DNA from: a virus
Lineage: Duplodnaviria > Caudoviricetes
Virus record (IMG/VR): IMGVR_UViG_3300032324_000506
Coordinates: 1 to 33,749 of that record
Length of the DNA: 33,749 nt
Reading direction: 5' to 3' (one strand)
A model generated the notes under the pieces. That model made no database searches and was not told where the DNA came from. It saw only the letters and a program-made list of their open reading frames with translations. A program made the position numbers and the translations under genes. This document shows, piece by piece, positions 16,453 to 25,405 of the stretch. Every line of letters begins with the position of its first letter. Position 1 is the stretch's first letter.

Positions 16453-18915
16453 TTAGAGCAGATCGCCGTCAGCTTCGCGATAACTTTTCTTTACCTCGCC
16501 GCCGCCTGCCATCTTTAAGAATTTGTTTACCCTGGCAATCGCCCAGGCTGTCCGGCTGTTGGGCCTTCCCCCGCCGATCGTTGGCCTGAAGCTAGTTGAG
16601 AAAGCGCCTGCACCCCTGCGAAAAACTTTTTTAAGCGCCCCTAGGGTGGGCGCTTTGCGATTAGGATGGCGCTTTTTAAAGTCAGCTATTTTATTTTTTA
16701 AAGTTTCCTCAACGGCTTCGCTGATCTCGATATCGCCTGCCTTTGACCTAGTGGAAGCTGTGCCGGCTGGGTTCGTATCACTGCCCTTCTTACGCTCACT
16801 TGCTGGCGCGGGTGTTTGGCTGGCTGACTTTGGCCCCGGCCGGGCCGCCATCTCGCGGGCGATCCGGCGCATCTGTACCGCTGCCCAGCTCTGGGCGGCA
16901 TCTCCACCCCATAGCGCCCAAGCTATCCGGCCTGCCGATGGGAATCCCGGTTCGCCAGGGTTAAACCCTTCGCCTTTTTTATCCACTTCATGCCTCGCTA
17001 GGTATGAGCTGATGCGGGCGATTGTCTCATCTGGAAAGTCTACGTTATTGATTATATCGCGTGCCCTAGCCACGCCCACCTCAGTCCCTCCGCGCTTGTA
17101 TTCCCGACGCCACTCTAGCCCCTTCTTGGCTTCGGCAATCATGCCGGCCGTGGGTTTAGCTAATTCTATTTTTTCTTTTTTTTTAAGCCCGATTGCATTT
17201 GCGACCATGTCTAGTTCTTTGTCGCTGAGCTTGTAGTCGGGATCGTCCAGCATGGTGAAAGATTCTGTATGTGGCTTGGCGGATAGTTTCATCTGCCTAG
17301 CACACACGGCTGCCCTTTGATCGTTTTCTGGAAACTCGGACACCATTGTTGGATTACCCATGCAGCGATCCATAAACTTATCATCAGTCTCGCCTGCGTT
17401 TTGTGTTGGCAAATCTAGCTCAACCTTTGCGCTTAGTTCCGCATCTGGGCCAGCGTTCGGATCTTTCTCGGGATTAACTGGCGTGGGTTCGTCGATTGCG
17501 GGTGCTTCTTTGACTACTTCCACCGGGGCCGCCACGTCTGTCTGCGGTGCGACTGTTCCAATCGATGCGACAAACTCACGCTCTTTTGCAATCTGCCTGA
17601 CCTGCTCTTCCCAGTCTTGTCCAAGTTCGCCAAAGTAGTCTTGTAGACTAGATAGGCCCGCCTTGTAGTCCTCTCGCGCTTGCTGTGCCTCGCGCCCGGC
17701 GTCCACAGTCAGGGACTTCGGAGTTTGCCACGTTACCTTTGCATAGTCCTCGACGGCCGGTAGGTCGCCGTTAGCGATTGCTCCACCAATAAAGAATCTC
17801 CACGCCCGATTGCAGAATCTATCGATGAGTAGGCGTTGCCGTTGTTCAAATCTGCGCTGTGCCTTGGCTACAATAAACCGCATCCCTGCCCCGCCGACGC
17901 TGGCAGGATCGTAAACGAATTCAACAGGCAAGCCGAGGCCCATGGCCACGTCACGAATGAGGAACTTGGCGAAAGGCTCAAAGCCTGCGTGAGGCCGATT
18001 AGGCCCAATCATCTCAATCTTTTCGCCAGGTGAAAGGCGTGGGATAGTTGCCGAGCTGGTGATCTCCTCGCGGGCGATCGTGGGTTCGCCAGTATCTTGA
18101 GCCTGCACAGTTCCAAAGAATCCACCCTGCCCGGCCAGCTCGTCGCCCTGGTCGGTGGTGATAACGGCGGCAATACTGCCCTGCAATTTCAAAGCGTCCT
18201 TCTCAAACTCGCCAAGCATTTTTAAATCACGGACGTGGTTCAATGCGCGAGCGAGTGAAGAGCCGCCACGAATCTGATCCGGCCGTTCTAGCTCCATTAA
18301 ATGAATGACTGTCTCCGCGCCCAGCTTGCGATACAGCTCGCCCGTCTGGACTAAGTATCCAGTAGGTTCGCCGAGCTTGCCGAGGAACACGCCATCCGAT
18401 GTTCCGTAATCGTCGCCTTCGCAAACGCGGTGGCCTTCCACAATCTGTAGCTTTCCCTTTTCCGTCATGATGACGAATACGTCACCGTCCACGTCGATCG
18501 ATCGAGATAGCGCCAGCAGCATGTCTGTCCAAGTCATGCGCCCTGTAACTTCTGGCGATGGCACTACCACGTCGCGCCAGTATTCCTCACACAATCTGCC
18601 AAAATCTTGATTTGCCCCGCGATATTGCGGCCGGAGTCCTGGCCCGATCGAATAGGTGGCGATTGAATCCACCGCGCCTTTAATCAGCCCCACATTGCGG
18701 TACATGTGCCGAGCGAGCTTGAGCAGTTCAACCCGTGTCGCTTCGTTTAGATCTAATCGTGAATCGCGGGCATGGGCGCCATAGATGACGGGACGCTTAC
18801 GAGAAAAGCCTGCGCCCTCGTAGGGTTGAAACGTGCTGATGCCTGCACCGAATCCAGCGCCAAACGCTTTTATGCCTGCGCCCATCCGAGCCACGAGTGA
18901 AAGTTTCTGTGCCAT
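16453..18915 (-). CDS. lambda-family portal protein with about 360-aa C-terminal extension
   Basis: LLKLARHMYRN, IGPGLRPQ, DGDVF, VIHLMELERPDQIRG, RLSPGEKI, AMGLGLPVEF, GQDWEEQVRQIAKE; core ends near aa 455. Confidence 0.92.
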   Translation of the reverse strand: MAQKLSLVARMGAGIKAFGAGFGAGISTFQPYEGAGFSRKRPVIYGAHARDSRLDLNEATRVELLKLARHMYRNVGLIKGAVDSIATYSIGPGLRPQYRGANQDFGRLCEEYWRDVVVPSPEVTGRMTWTDMLLALSRSIDVDGDVFVIMTEKGKLQIVEGHRVCEGDDYGTSDGVFLGKLGEPTGYLVQTGELYRKLGAETVIHLMELERPDQIRGGSSLARALNHVRDLKMLGEFEKDALKLQGSIAAVITTDQGDELAGQGGFFGTVQAQDTGEPTIAREEITSSATIPRLSPGEKIEMIGPNRPHAGFEPFAKFLIRDVAMGLGLPVEFVYDPASVGGAGMRFIVAKAQRRFEQRQRLLIDRFCNRAWRFFIGGAIANGDLPAVEDYAKVTWQTPKSLTVDAGREAQQAREDYKAGLSSLQDYFGELGQDWEEQVRQIAKEREFVASIGTVAPQTDVAAPVEVVKEAPAIDEPTPVNPEKDPNAGPDAELSAKVELDLPTQNAGETDDKFMDRCMGNPTMVSEFPENDQRAAVCARQMKLSAKPHTESFTMLDDPDYKLSDKELDMVANAIGLKKKEKIELAKPTAGMIAEAKKGLEWRREYKRGGTEVGVARARDIINNVDFPDETIARISSYLARHEVDKKGEGFNPGEPGFPSAGRIAWALWGGDAAQSWAAVQMRRIAREMAARPGPKSASQTPAPASERKKGSDTNPAGTASTRSKAGDIEISEAVEETLKNKIADFKKRHPNRKAPTLGALKKVFRRGAGAFSTSFRPTIGGGRPNSRTAWAIARVNKFLKMAGGGEVKKSYREADGDLL

Positions 18916-18917
18916 AA

Positions 18918-19211
18918 TCAGCTATCCAGAATGTAAGAAAATGAGGCGCTGGTGCGTGTGACTTGTACGCCGTTTAGGTAATCGATTGCGGCCTGAAATA
19001 ACTCAACCCGTTCGGTCGGTTTAAGGTCGATCTGGAAGCTGGCCGACTGCCCGCCTGCTGAAGATCCTACCAGAGCACGGCCAGATGCTGCGCCCGTCAT
19101 TGCCGCGTTGCGGTCAGTGGCAAGGTTGGTCAGGGCGCTTGCGGTAACCCCAGAGGCTTGTGCCAGGTAGTTCGTCGCAACTGCCCGCGTAAGTCTGCGG
19201 GAAATAGCCAT
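18918..19211 (-). CDS. head-to-tail adaptor (gpW-like position)
   Basis: Small ORF between TerL and portal; helix-hairpin-helix pattern (SSAGGQSASF...AIDYL). Confidence 0.6.
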   Translation of the reverse strand: MAISRRLTRAVATNYLAQASGVTASALTNLATDRNAAMTGAASGRALVGSSAGGQSASFQIDLKPTERVELFQAAIDYLNGVQVTRTSASFSYILDS

Positions 19212-20959
19212 CACGTCGCCACGGGTGTCAACGATTCCTCATCCAGTGAAGCGGTCGGCCTAATGACTTTTCCGTACACGGCAAAGCCAGCCAGATATGT
19301 TTCGCAATCGTACAAGTGATCCTGCCTGCTTTTGATCCGTATCCATTCGTAGTGATCGCGCCCTGTCTTGCGGTTAATCCGATGTACCTTTTTGTGGCTG
19401 CTCATGTGCTCTCGATAGTCTGGGCTTACGTCATGGGCAATTTCCCAGCGTGGCCCCTGCCCTCTTCGCAACCATGCCAGCAAATCCTGACAGGCTGGCG
19501 AGCTGAGCAGCAGAAGCATGCAGCCCGCGTCGGTGGGTTGCTCGGCCGAGTGTACCGACTTCATCCGCCCGCGTGGCGTTTCGATCCAGTAAGCTGGACG
19601 CTCTTCGCCCTTTAATGCCGTGTACTTATAGCGGGCACAGATTCTGTACGAATCGTGCGTCTCGTATCCGCTATCCATCGCGGTGTGCTTAGGTTGAACG
19701 CCTAGCGTGTGCAGGTGTTGCGCCACGTCCTCGATCGTCCTTGCCCGGCCTTCGTCGATTAGTCTGCTCGTTCCATCCCTAGCAAACGCCCTTACCACAA
19801 ACCAATACTCGTCGATCTGTCTGTCTATGGCCGCTAGTTTGATATGTTCCGTTTCCCAATCCTGCTTTTTCGCAAATGCTCCGGCGGGTATGTCGATTGT
19901 TTTGTCGTCGTCAAACTGATCTTCCCACGGCATCGCACTCCATCCGTTCACGAATCCTTGCAAGCCATGTAGATAATGCTTTTGAGTGAGGAACTGTTTG
20001 GCGCAATCCGCGAAGGTTACGGTCGGCGAATACCAGCTAGGCAGTCGCATGCTTCGCCTGCCGCGCTCTGCGTTTGGATTTGCTGCCACCCACTTGCCCT
20101 GCTCTACGGCTGATCGCCTGTGGCCCTCAGTCCACGGCTCGTTGCACTTAGTGCAATGGTAAGCGGCCGTCTCACCCACTTTCTGTAAGTCCCATTTGCC
20201 GTCAGGATTGCGTGCGCTATCCGCCCACCGCACTTGCCCGAACTCCATCGCCTGCATTTCACCGCAAGCATGGCAAGGGACGTGGAAAGTTTCCTGTGTT
20301 CCCGCCTGATAGTTCTGCCATATATCGCCCGTGCTTAACGTCGGCGTGCTGGTCAGCACGTGCTTGCGGTTAGGAAAAGCCTTTGTCCGTTCCAGCGCCA
20401 GATTGTAAGCGGCCGCCTCGCGTTCGGTCGGTGGGGCAAACTTGTCCAACTCGTCCAGTACCGCGATGCAGATCGGGCGGGAGCTGATGTTGGCCGGGCT
20501 ATTCGATCCCACCAGGCTAAGAGTCATGCTGGTAAACTGCATCTCTAGGATTTTGAAATCGTCGCTGTCGTATGGGAACAATGCCCGCACCGGCTTGCAC
20601 TTCTCAAAGATCGGGGTCAGTCGCGTTTCGCTGTAGCTCCTAGCCAGATCCGCGTTAGGCATTACGAGCAGTGCCGGCGCTGGATCGTTTGCGATTCTGT
20701 ACGCCAGCCAGATGGCCAGCGTCAGTGTCTTGCCGGTCTGTGATCCCCAGCAAAGGCTAACGGTATGCACGCCCGGATCGGCCAACGCTTCCAGTACGCC
20801 CGCCACATAAGGCGTATACTTGGTTGAGTAAAGACCTGGGCGAGCCGTGATCCTGCTATCTAGCTGAATGTTCTTTTCCGCCCACTCGATGACGGACGGC
20901 GGTGGCTCAAAGTTCCAGCGATCGCGTTCCCGTTTAAGTAGCTGTTCGGCCGCCTTCAC
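19211..20959 (-). CDS. terL: terminase large subunit, lambda GpA family
   Basis: WGSQTGKT Walker A, VLDELDK Walker B, STP motif, VPCHACG...YHCTKC zinc knuckle, AAIDRQ, MDSG and DHLYDCETY nuclease motifs. Confidence 0.95.
   Translation of the reverse strand: MKAAEQLLKRERDRWNFEPPPSVIEWAEKNIQLDSRITARPGLYSTKYTPYVAGVLEALADPGVHTVSLCWGSQTGKTLTLAIWLAYRIANDPAPALLVMPNADLARSYSETRLTPIFEKCKPVRALFPYDSDDFKILEMQFTSMTLSLVGSNSPANISSRPICIAVLDELDKFAPPTEREAAAYNLALERTKAFPNRKHVLTSTPTLSTGDIWQNYQAGTQETFHVPCHACGEMQAMEFGQVRWADSARNPDGKWDLQKVGETAAYHCTKCNEPWTEGHRRSAVEQGKWVAANPNAERGRRSMRLPSWYSPTVTFADCAKQFLTQKHYLHGLQGFVNGWSAMPWEDQFDDDKTIDIPAGAFAKKQDWETEHIKLAAIDRQIDEYWFVVRAFARDGTSRLIDEGRARTIEDVAQHLHTLGVQPKHTAMDSGYETHDSYRICARYKYTALKGEERPAYWIETPRGRMKSVHSAEQPTDAGCMLLLLSSPACQDLLAWLRRGQGPRWEIAHDVSPDYREHMSSHKKVHRINRKTGRDHYEWIRIKSRQDHLYDCETYLAGFAVYGKVIRPTASLDEESLTPVAT
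19226..19231 (-). promoter_or_regulatory. TTGACA-N14-ATG element in the last codons of terL
   Basis: TTGACA CCCGTGGCGACGTG ATG(19211). Confidence 0.55.
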
Positions 20960-21447
20960 AGCGCGGCCTGCACTTGTCGCATGACTTGCCCCACCTCGTT
21001 CTCTACCTCTTTCTGGATCTCAGCGGCTGGGCGATGAGCACAGATAGGCGCTAAGCGTTTGGGCATGCCAAGCAGTAGTGGGATTAGTGCGTTAGTCCGG
21101 CGTGCCAGTATCTTGTCTGCCTCGTCGATCGGCACCATTTTGCCCTCCGCCTCGTTGATGTCGGGCCGGTCGCCCTTCATTTTTCGCAGTGCCTCCACGA
21201 CTCGGGTGTAATCGCCTATCAGTGACGACCGCTCCGGCCCGCTCGCCTCCTTGGCTGCCTCGCCAAGCGTAGCCGCCAGCGATTCAAGTCGATCGATCTC
21301 GCCGTCTAATCCTATCCCGGCGATCGGCTTCATCGGCTTTGCGGCCGCAACCGCCTGCCCTTTCTCAAGCTGGCGCCGAGCTTGGCGCAAGCCGACGCCG
21401 GTAGCGGCGGCTTGAGCGAGGATTGCGGTGTTTGGTCGGCGTCCCAT
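20956..21447 (-). CDS. terminase small subunit (Nu1-like)
   Basis: Directly upstream of terL with GTGA overlap; EGKMVPIDEA...LLGMPKRLAP motif; start taken at ATG 21447. Confidence 0.75.
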   Translation of the reverse strand: MGRRPNTAILAQAAATGVGLRQARRQLEKGQAVAAAKPMKPIAGIGLDGEIDRLESLAATLGEAAKEASGPERSSLIGDYTRVVEALRKMKGDRPDINEAEGKMVPIDEADKILARRTNALIPLLLGMPKRLAPICAHRPAAEIQKEVENEVGQVMRQVQAAL

Positions 21448-21560
21448 AACGTCATTCAATGTTTTTGCGTAAAACTCAAGTAATTACCGAATGTCTTTGC
21501 CATCGCGACAGATTGCAAAAGTTTAAAAGATTCCTTAGGCACTTACGCAAGCTGGCCTAC

Positions 21561-22025
21561 CTAGGCCGCCCCCCGCAGGTCGTTGTAAGCCTTCACAATC
21601 GGCTCGGCCTCCGCTAAGAATTGCTCCTTTAGCGTCTTATCCTGGGCAATAAATTTTGCGCCTCTCGAGGCAAGCCACTGCCTTGCTTTCATAATTGGAA
21701 ATAGGAAGTGCTTAGGCTCGCTTGGCTCGCTCATCGTGATGGGATCTGGCAGGATTCCGATACGCAGATATGTCTGACGCATAAGGCTTGGATCTGCATC
21801 GCCACTGCTCAGTCGCTTCTGAGTGGCTGCGACTTTCTCATATCGCTTACCAACCTCTTCAGTAATCCCAGCCTCCTCACATATAGCCTGCACGTCTTTA
21901 CCTTCAGTGCGTGCAATCGCAATGATCTCGCCAGCATCAGATGCAAGTGAGATCGTCCTGCCTACCAGCTCAATCGCCTTGTCTCTCGTTTCGTTTAGTT
22001 TGTTTATTACGGATAGTAATTTCAT
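21561..22025 (-). CDS. hypothetical protein (possibly DUF3102-like)
   Basis: 154 aa, ATGA overlap; AGEII...GITEEVGKRY helical pattern. Confidence 0.6.
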   Translation of the reverse strand: MKLLSVINKLNETRDKAIELVGRTISLASDAGEIIAIARTEGKDVQAICEEAGITEEVGKRYEKVAATQKRLSSGDADPSLMRQTYLRIGILPDPITMSEPSEPKHFLFPIMKARQWLASRGAKFIAQDKTLKEQFLAEAEPIVKAYNDLRGAA

Positions 22026-22495
22026 TTGTTCATGCCTTTCTTTAGTGCGGCACTGTTGAATTTAGGTGCTTCACGCCGCCGCTTGGCGTGAACGCGATAT
22101 GCCCGTTTGCGGTAGGATTCGCGGGCCTTCTCGCTCTTCTGCGATCGTGCTCGGATACCCAGCCGGTCATAAACTTCTGTGACTTTCTTACTGATCGCCT
22201 GCTTAGTGATGCCGTACCGCTTAGCCACGGCCGTCATAGATTCAGGCGATCTGTTAAGAGATATGTTCAATACCGCATGCCCCAGCGTGTCCGTTCGGTT
22301 AGCCATAGCCGGGTGATCGGCAGACTTATCCATAAGGTGCTCTATCACTTTTGTGATAGTCGCAACCGTTGAGGTGGTGACCGTAATCTTTAGGTCATCG
22401 CATGACTCAAAGACCAAGTCTTGCAGGCTATCAATCATGCTTGCTGGATGCGGAATAACCGCTGGGATTCTTTCGATTGCTTCTTGGTCAATCAT
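22022..22495 (-). CDS. HTH DNA-binding protein (sigma region 4-like), candidate late regulator
   Basis: ESMTAVAKRYGITKQAISKKV helix-turn-helix, basic tail; between replication and packaging genes. Confidence 0.6.
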   Translation of the reverse strand: MIDQEAIERIPAVIPHPASMIDSLQDLVFESCDDLKITVTTSTVATITKVIEHLMDKSADHPAMANRTDTLGHAVLNISLNRSPESMTAVAKRYGITKQAISKKVTEVYDRLGIRARSQKSEKARESYRKRAYRVHAKRRREAPKFNSAALKKGMNK

Positions 22496-22545
22496 AATGG
22501 CTGGAAATCGCCCCTATCGATGGTCAATGGATGGAAATATCGAAC

Positions 22546-22590
22546 CCTATCAATGGATATCCCCTTAAAGGGGGGATATCCATCAATAGG
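22546..22590. repeat. 19-bp-arm inverted repeat in the intergenic region; candidate replication origin
   Basis: CCTATCAATGGATATCCCC-TTAAAGG-GGGGATATCCATCAATAGG (2 mismatches), with extra CTATC/GATAG copies nearby. Confidence 0.65.
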
Positions 22591-22646
22591 AGTTCTACCT
22601 ATTTTCGGTGATAGAGTTTGAATAAGTGGTGATAGGCTTTTTAGGC

Positions 22647-24611
22647 TCATTTTTGATCCTCATTTAGTACGTATTTTTTATGCTTTTCAGTGCCTGTATT
22701 TTTAATCAAACCCTCTGACTCCCAAGCCGCCGTCAAGTCGCGGCTCTTAGTGTGACCGACCTTTGACTTATTGCGGATGCAACTTTGCAGATCACCTGCA
22801 CTTATGCCCTTTGCAACGATGTGCTTGTAATCCTCGAAATTGACCACGATCTCCGGCCTGCCTGCAGTCTTACGTTCAGGTTCATCAGCAGCAATCCACG
22901 CTAATCCCACATCGCTATGTCGTAGATTGGCGTGAGGCTGCACTGCATTTTGCGCTATAATGCCCTTAGAATTGAGATTAGACCGCTTGCCTCGCTTGGT
23001 TACCTCAAGCCTATAAATCCGCTTTCCTTCGGCATCGTCGCCACAAGGCGCAAGGGTTAATACGCTTCTCGCCCAATTCGTCAGCTCGCTTGAGCCAAAA
23101 CCACTATACGCCTTGTCTGCGCCTTGGTATCCGTTGCCCTCCCTAACTGGCTTCGGGGTATGATGGATTAGCATCCACGCAAACCCAGCAGATAGAGAGA
23201 GTGGATTAAGCATATTGCGCAGGAACGCACTTGCCGTCTCCTGGCTGGATAGATCGCCGCCAATGAACGCCAGCAAAGGATCGATCCATACTAGGTCAGG
23301 CTTATGCTTTTCGACTAAACGACGGACACGATCGACAAACTTCTCCCCAGTGGATGTGCAATCCCTAACGATCGTCACGTTAGCCATAACTAACGCTTTC
23401 TGCTTTTCGGTTAAGTTCATCGCCTTAAACACACCTTGGATGGATTCAGCTACGTCTCCCTCGTCGTTCTCGGCCTGAATGATCAGCGACTTCAGCCCGT
23501 TGCCGTGCGGGTTGATCCCAAAGAACGACTCAGCGATCGCCCAGGTGATTGCGGCCTGCATACACAGCACGCTCTTACCAAGGCCACTGCTACCCACCCA
23601 CAAAGCCGATCCGCCACGGCAGATCCAGCGTTTTCCTAATAGCTGGGTCGGATCTTCAGTTTCCTTAAAATTAAGCAAATCGTCCCACTTGTACGGATCG
23701 GGTATATCGCCAAACAAAATGCGCTCTTTCCATTGTAAGAATGAGATCGAGGGTGTGCCACATTCGACCAGCTCTTGCTGATTGCCTGTGGCCGTCCTCA
23801 TAGCTCCGGGCAACCTCGACAACCTCCCTGCGTCCTTTGTCGAGGAATCAACCTTACTATGTTCTAAGTGCTTAAATATAAAATCAACACGTTCAGTAAA
23901 TTCAGCTTCATTATCAGCGTCAATTTTTACCCATGCGTGCAAGCTGCGTGATCCGCTCTTTATGATGCAAGTGGTAGGCAATCCGCTTTTCTTAATAATT
24001 TTCCACTGCTCATCCAAAGTGCTTTCATCAAATTCGATTAGGACGTGACGCCATTTAGTAACATGCTCTTTCTTGCGGCCTTTGCCATTGTTAGGGTTAA
24101 TTGAGACATACACGCCAACGGCTGACCCCTGCCACTCTTTCAGTCCGTCTCCCTTATAAAGCTCTAACCACTCCTCACGTTTTCTAGTTTCCCCAGTACC
24201 GTCCGGCCGCTCGCGATCTCCGTCCTTAATGGATCGACAGATATTAATGCTTTCGCCTAGTTCAAAAGCCTCTGCTAAGAATTTTTCTACTGGCTGGGCC
24301 TCTACGCTTTTAGGCATTTGAGGCACTGGCAGATCCTCACGAACGATCGCCCCATTCTGATAGCCATACTTGGCCTTTGGCTTCCACGCCTCGCGCTGGG
24401 GTTTGCTATAAGCAGATTTTACAACTGCCACCACCTCCTTCTGTGTTAATCCAAATTTATGGCCCCATATCTCGGCCTCCGTCTCTGCATCAAACTGCGA
24501 CAAGCCTTGGTCACGGAATTGCAGTGCCATTTTAAACAACTCATTATTACGATGCCCCTCTGGGGCTCCGTTGTGGTAAATGGCTTCTGTGGCTGGCGGC
24601 AGTGCGATCAT
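22647..24611 (-). CDS. primase-helicase: PriCT-like N-terminus, AEP/RepB-like primase, RecA-type AAA_25 helicase
   Basis: GHRNNELFKMA; VLIEFDE, SGSRSLHAW, RLSRLPG; GSSGLGKS Walker A, WIDP Walker B, LIHHTPK. Confidence 0.88.
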   Translation of the reverse strand: MIALPPATEAIYHNGAPEGHRNNELFKMALQFRDQGLSQFDAETEAEIWGHKFGLTQKEVVAVVKSAYSKPQREAWKPKAKYGYQNGAIVREDLPVPQMPKSVEAQPVEKFLAEAFELGESINICRSIKDGDRERPDGTGETRKREEWLELYKGDGLKEWQGSAVGVYVSINPNNGKGRKKEHVTKWRHVLIEFDESTLDEQWKIIKKSGLPTTCIIKSGSRSLHAWVKIDADNEAEFTERVDFIFKHLEHSKVDSSTKDAGRLSRLPGAMRTATGNQQELVECGTPSISFLQWKERILFGDIPDPYKWDDLLNFKETEDPTQLLGKRWICRGGSALWVGSSGLGKSVLCMQAAITWAIAESFFGINPHGNGLKSLIIQAENDEGDVAESIQGVFKAMNLTEKQKALVMANVTIVRDCTSTGEKFVDRVRRLVEKHKPDLVWIDPLLAFIGGDLSSQETASAFLRNMLNPLSLSAGFAWMLIHHTPKPVREGNGYQGADKAYSGFGSSELTNWARSVLTLAPCGDDAEGKRIYRLEVTKRGKRSNLNSKGIIAQNAVQPHANLRHSDVGLAWIAADEPERKTAGRPEIVVNFEDYKHIVAKGISAGDLQSCIRNKSKVGHTKSRDLTAAWESEGLIKNTGTEKHKKYVLNEDQK

Positions 24612-24799
24612 TTTTTGACCAATCCTTCCAACGCTTTCTTAATCACGTACTCAATCACTGCCTCTTGATCTTTCTTTAACTGCTTCAGCCCAAATGCGTG
24701 CAACGCCTTTGCCGTATTTGCGTCATAAGTCACATCGACTAAAACTTGTTTGGGCGCAGGGCGTGCTTTGCCAAAAGTAATTTTGCCTAGATCATTCAT
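24608..24799 (-). CDS. hypothetical protein
   Basis: 63 aa, AAGGAG SD, ATGA overlaps at both ends. Confidence 0.7.
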   Translation of the reverse strand: MNDLGKITFGKARPAPKQVLVDVTYDANTAKALHAFGLKQLKKDQEAVIEYVIKKALEGLVKK

Positions 24800-24987
24800 T
24801 TGCTCTCCTTCGTTTTATTCGCCTCAATGGCTTTCGCTTTAAATCCCTCGGCCTGCTTCAGCATTTCGGTCGCCATTAGAACGGCCAGATCCAGCCGGGT
24901 GCGTACTGCGTCATACTGCTTCTTAAGCAAATTCTTCTTCGCACGCTCGAGCACGGCGAGATGCCAGGTTAAACGCTTTACGCTCAT
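24796..24987 (-). CDS. hypothetical protein (MSVKRLTWHL..., 63 aa)
   Basis: Start reassigned to ATG 24987, which overlaps the upstream stop (ATGA). Confidence 0.65.
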   Translation of the reverse strand: MSVKRLTWHLAVLERAKKNLLKKQYDAVRTRLDLAVLMATEMLKQAEGFKAKAIEANKTKESK

Positions 24988-25280
24988 AAATTTTCGTACT
25001 TCTCCATAAAAGGGATGTCGTAAGCGCAATGATTTCTAAATTCAGGAATTTGCATCATAGTTTTATGCAAACTCTGCGCATCGACTTTGTCCCTAATAAC
25101 TGCGTGATGAAAAGCAACCATCCAGAAAAGACCTACACCCATTGCTTGCATTTTTCTTGGGTCGCTTGGCCACACCATTGCAAAACCATGTTTTTTTTCA
25201 AATGCGCTTAACAATCCATCGCCTTGTTCAAACAGGCACGAATGCTTTGTGCCGTAAGCATAGGCCAAAGACACGCTCAC
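24984..25280 (-). CDS. hypothetical protein (98 aa)
   Basis: Start reassigned to GTG 25280 (GTGA overlap); the longer track ORF overlaps two better genes. Confidence 0.6.
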   Translation of the reverse strand: MSVSLAYAYGTKHSCLFEQGDGLLSAFEKKHGFAMVWPSDPRKMQAMGVGLFWMVAFHHAVIRDKVDAQSLHKTMMQIPEFRNHCAYDIPFMEKYENL

Positions 25281-25405
25281 CACTGCCCCATTCCCCACCT
25301 GTGGCGATTGGCACGGGCCTCTCGCACACAGTCGGCGTACTGCTCCGGCGTGTAGGTGCCGATGACGCGGGCGGAGAACATGGTTAAAAGATCGGCTAGG
25401 CTCAC
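25277..25405 (-). CDS. hypothetical 42-aa protein
   Basis: MSLADLLTMFSARVIGTYTPEQYADCVREARANRHRWGMGQW*; GTGA overlaps at both ends. Confidence 0.6.
   Translation of the reverse strand: MSLADLLTMFSARVIGTYTPEQYADCVREARANRHRWGMGQW

Noticed and set aside
18916-18937. CTTACA-N16-ATG before the portal and GTGACA-N19-ATG before the neck gene (7104-7109) as further motif copies
   Set aside because: Core mismatch or spacing outside 13-16 nt; cannot be told from chance
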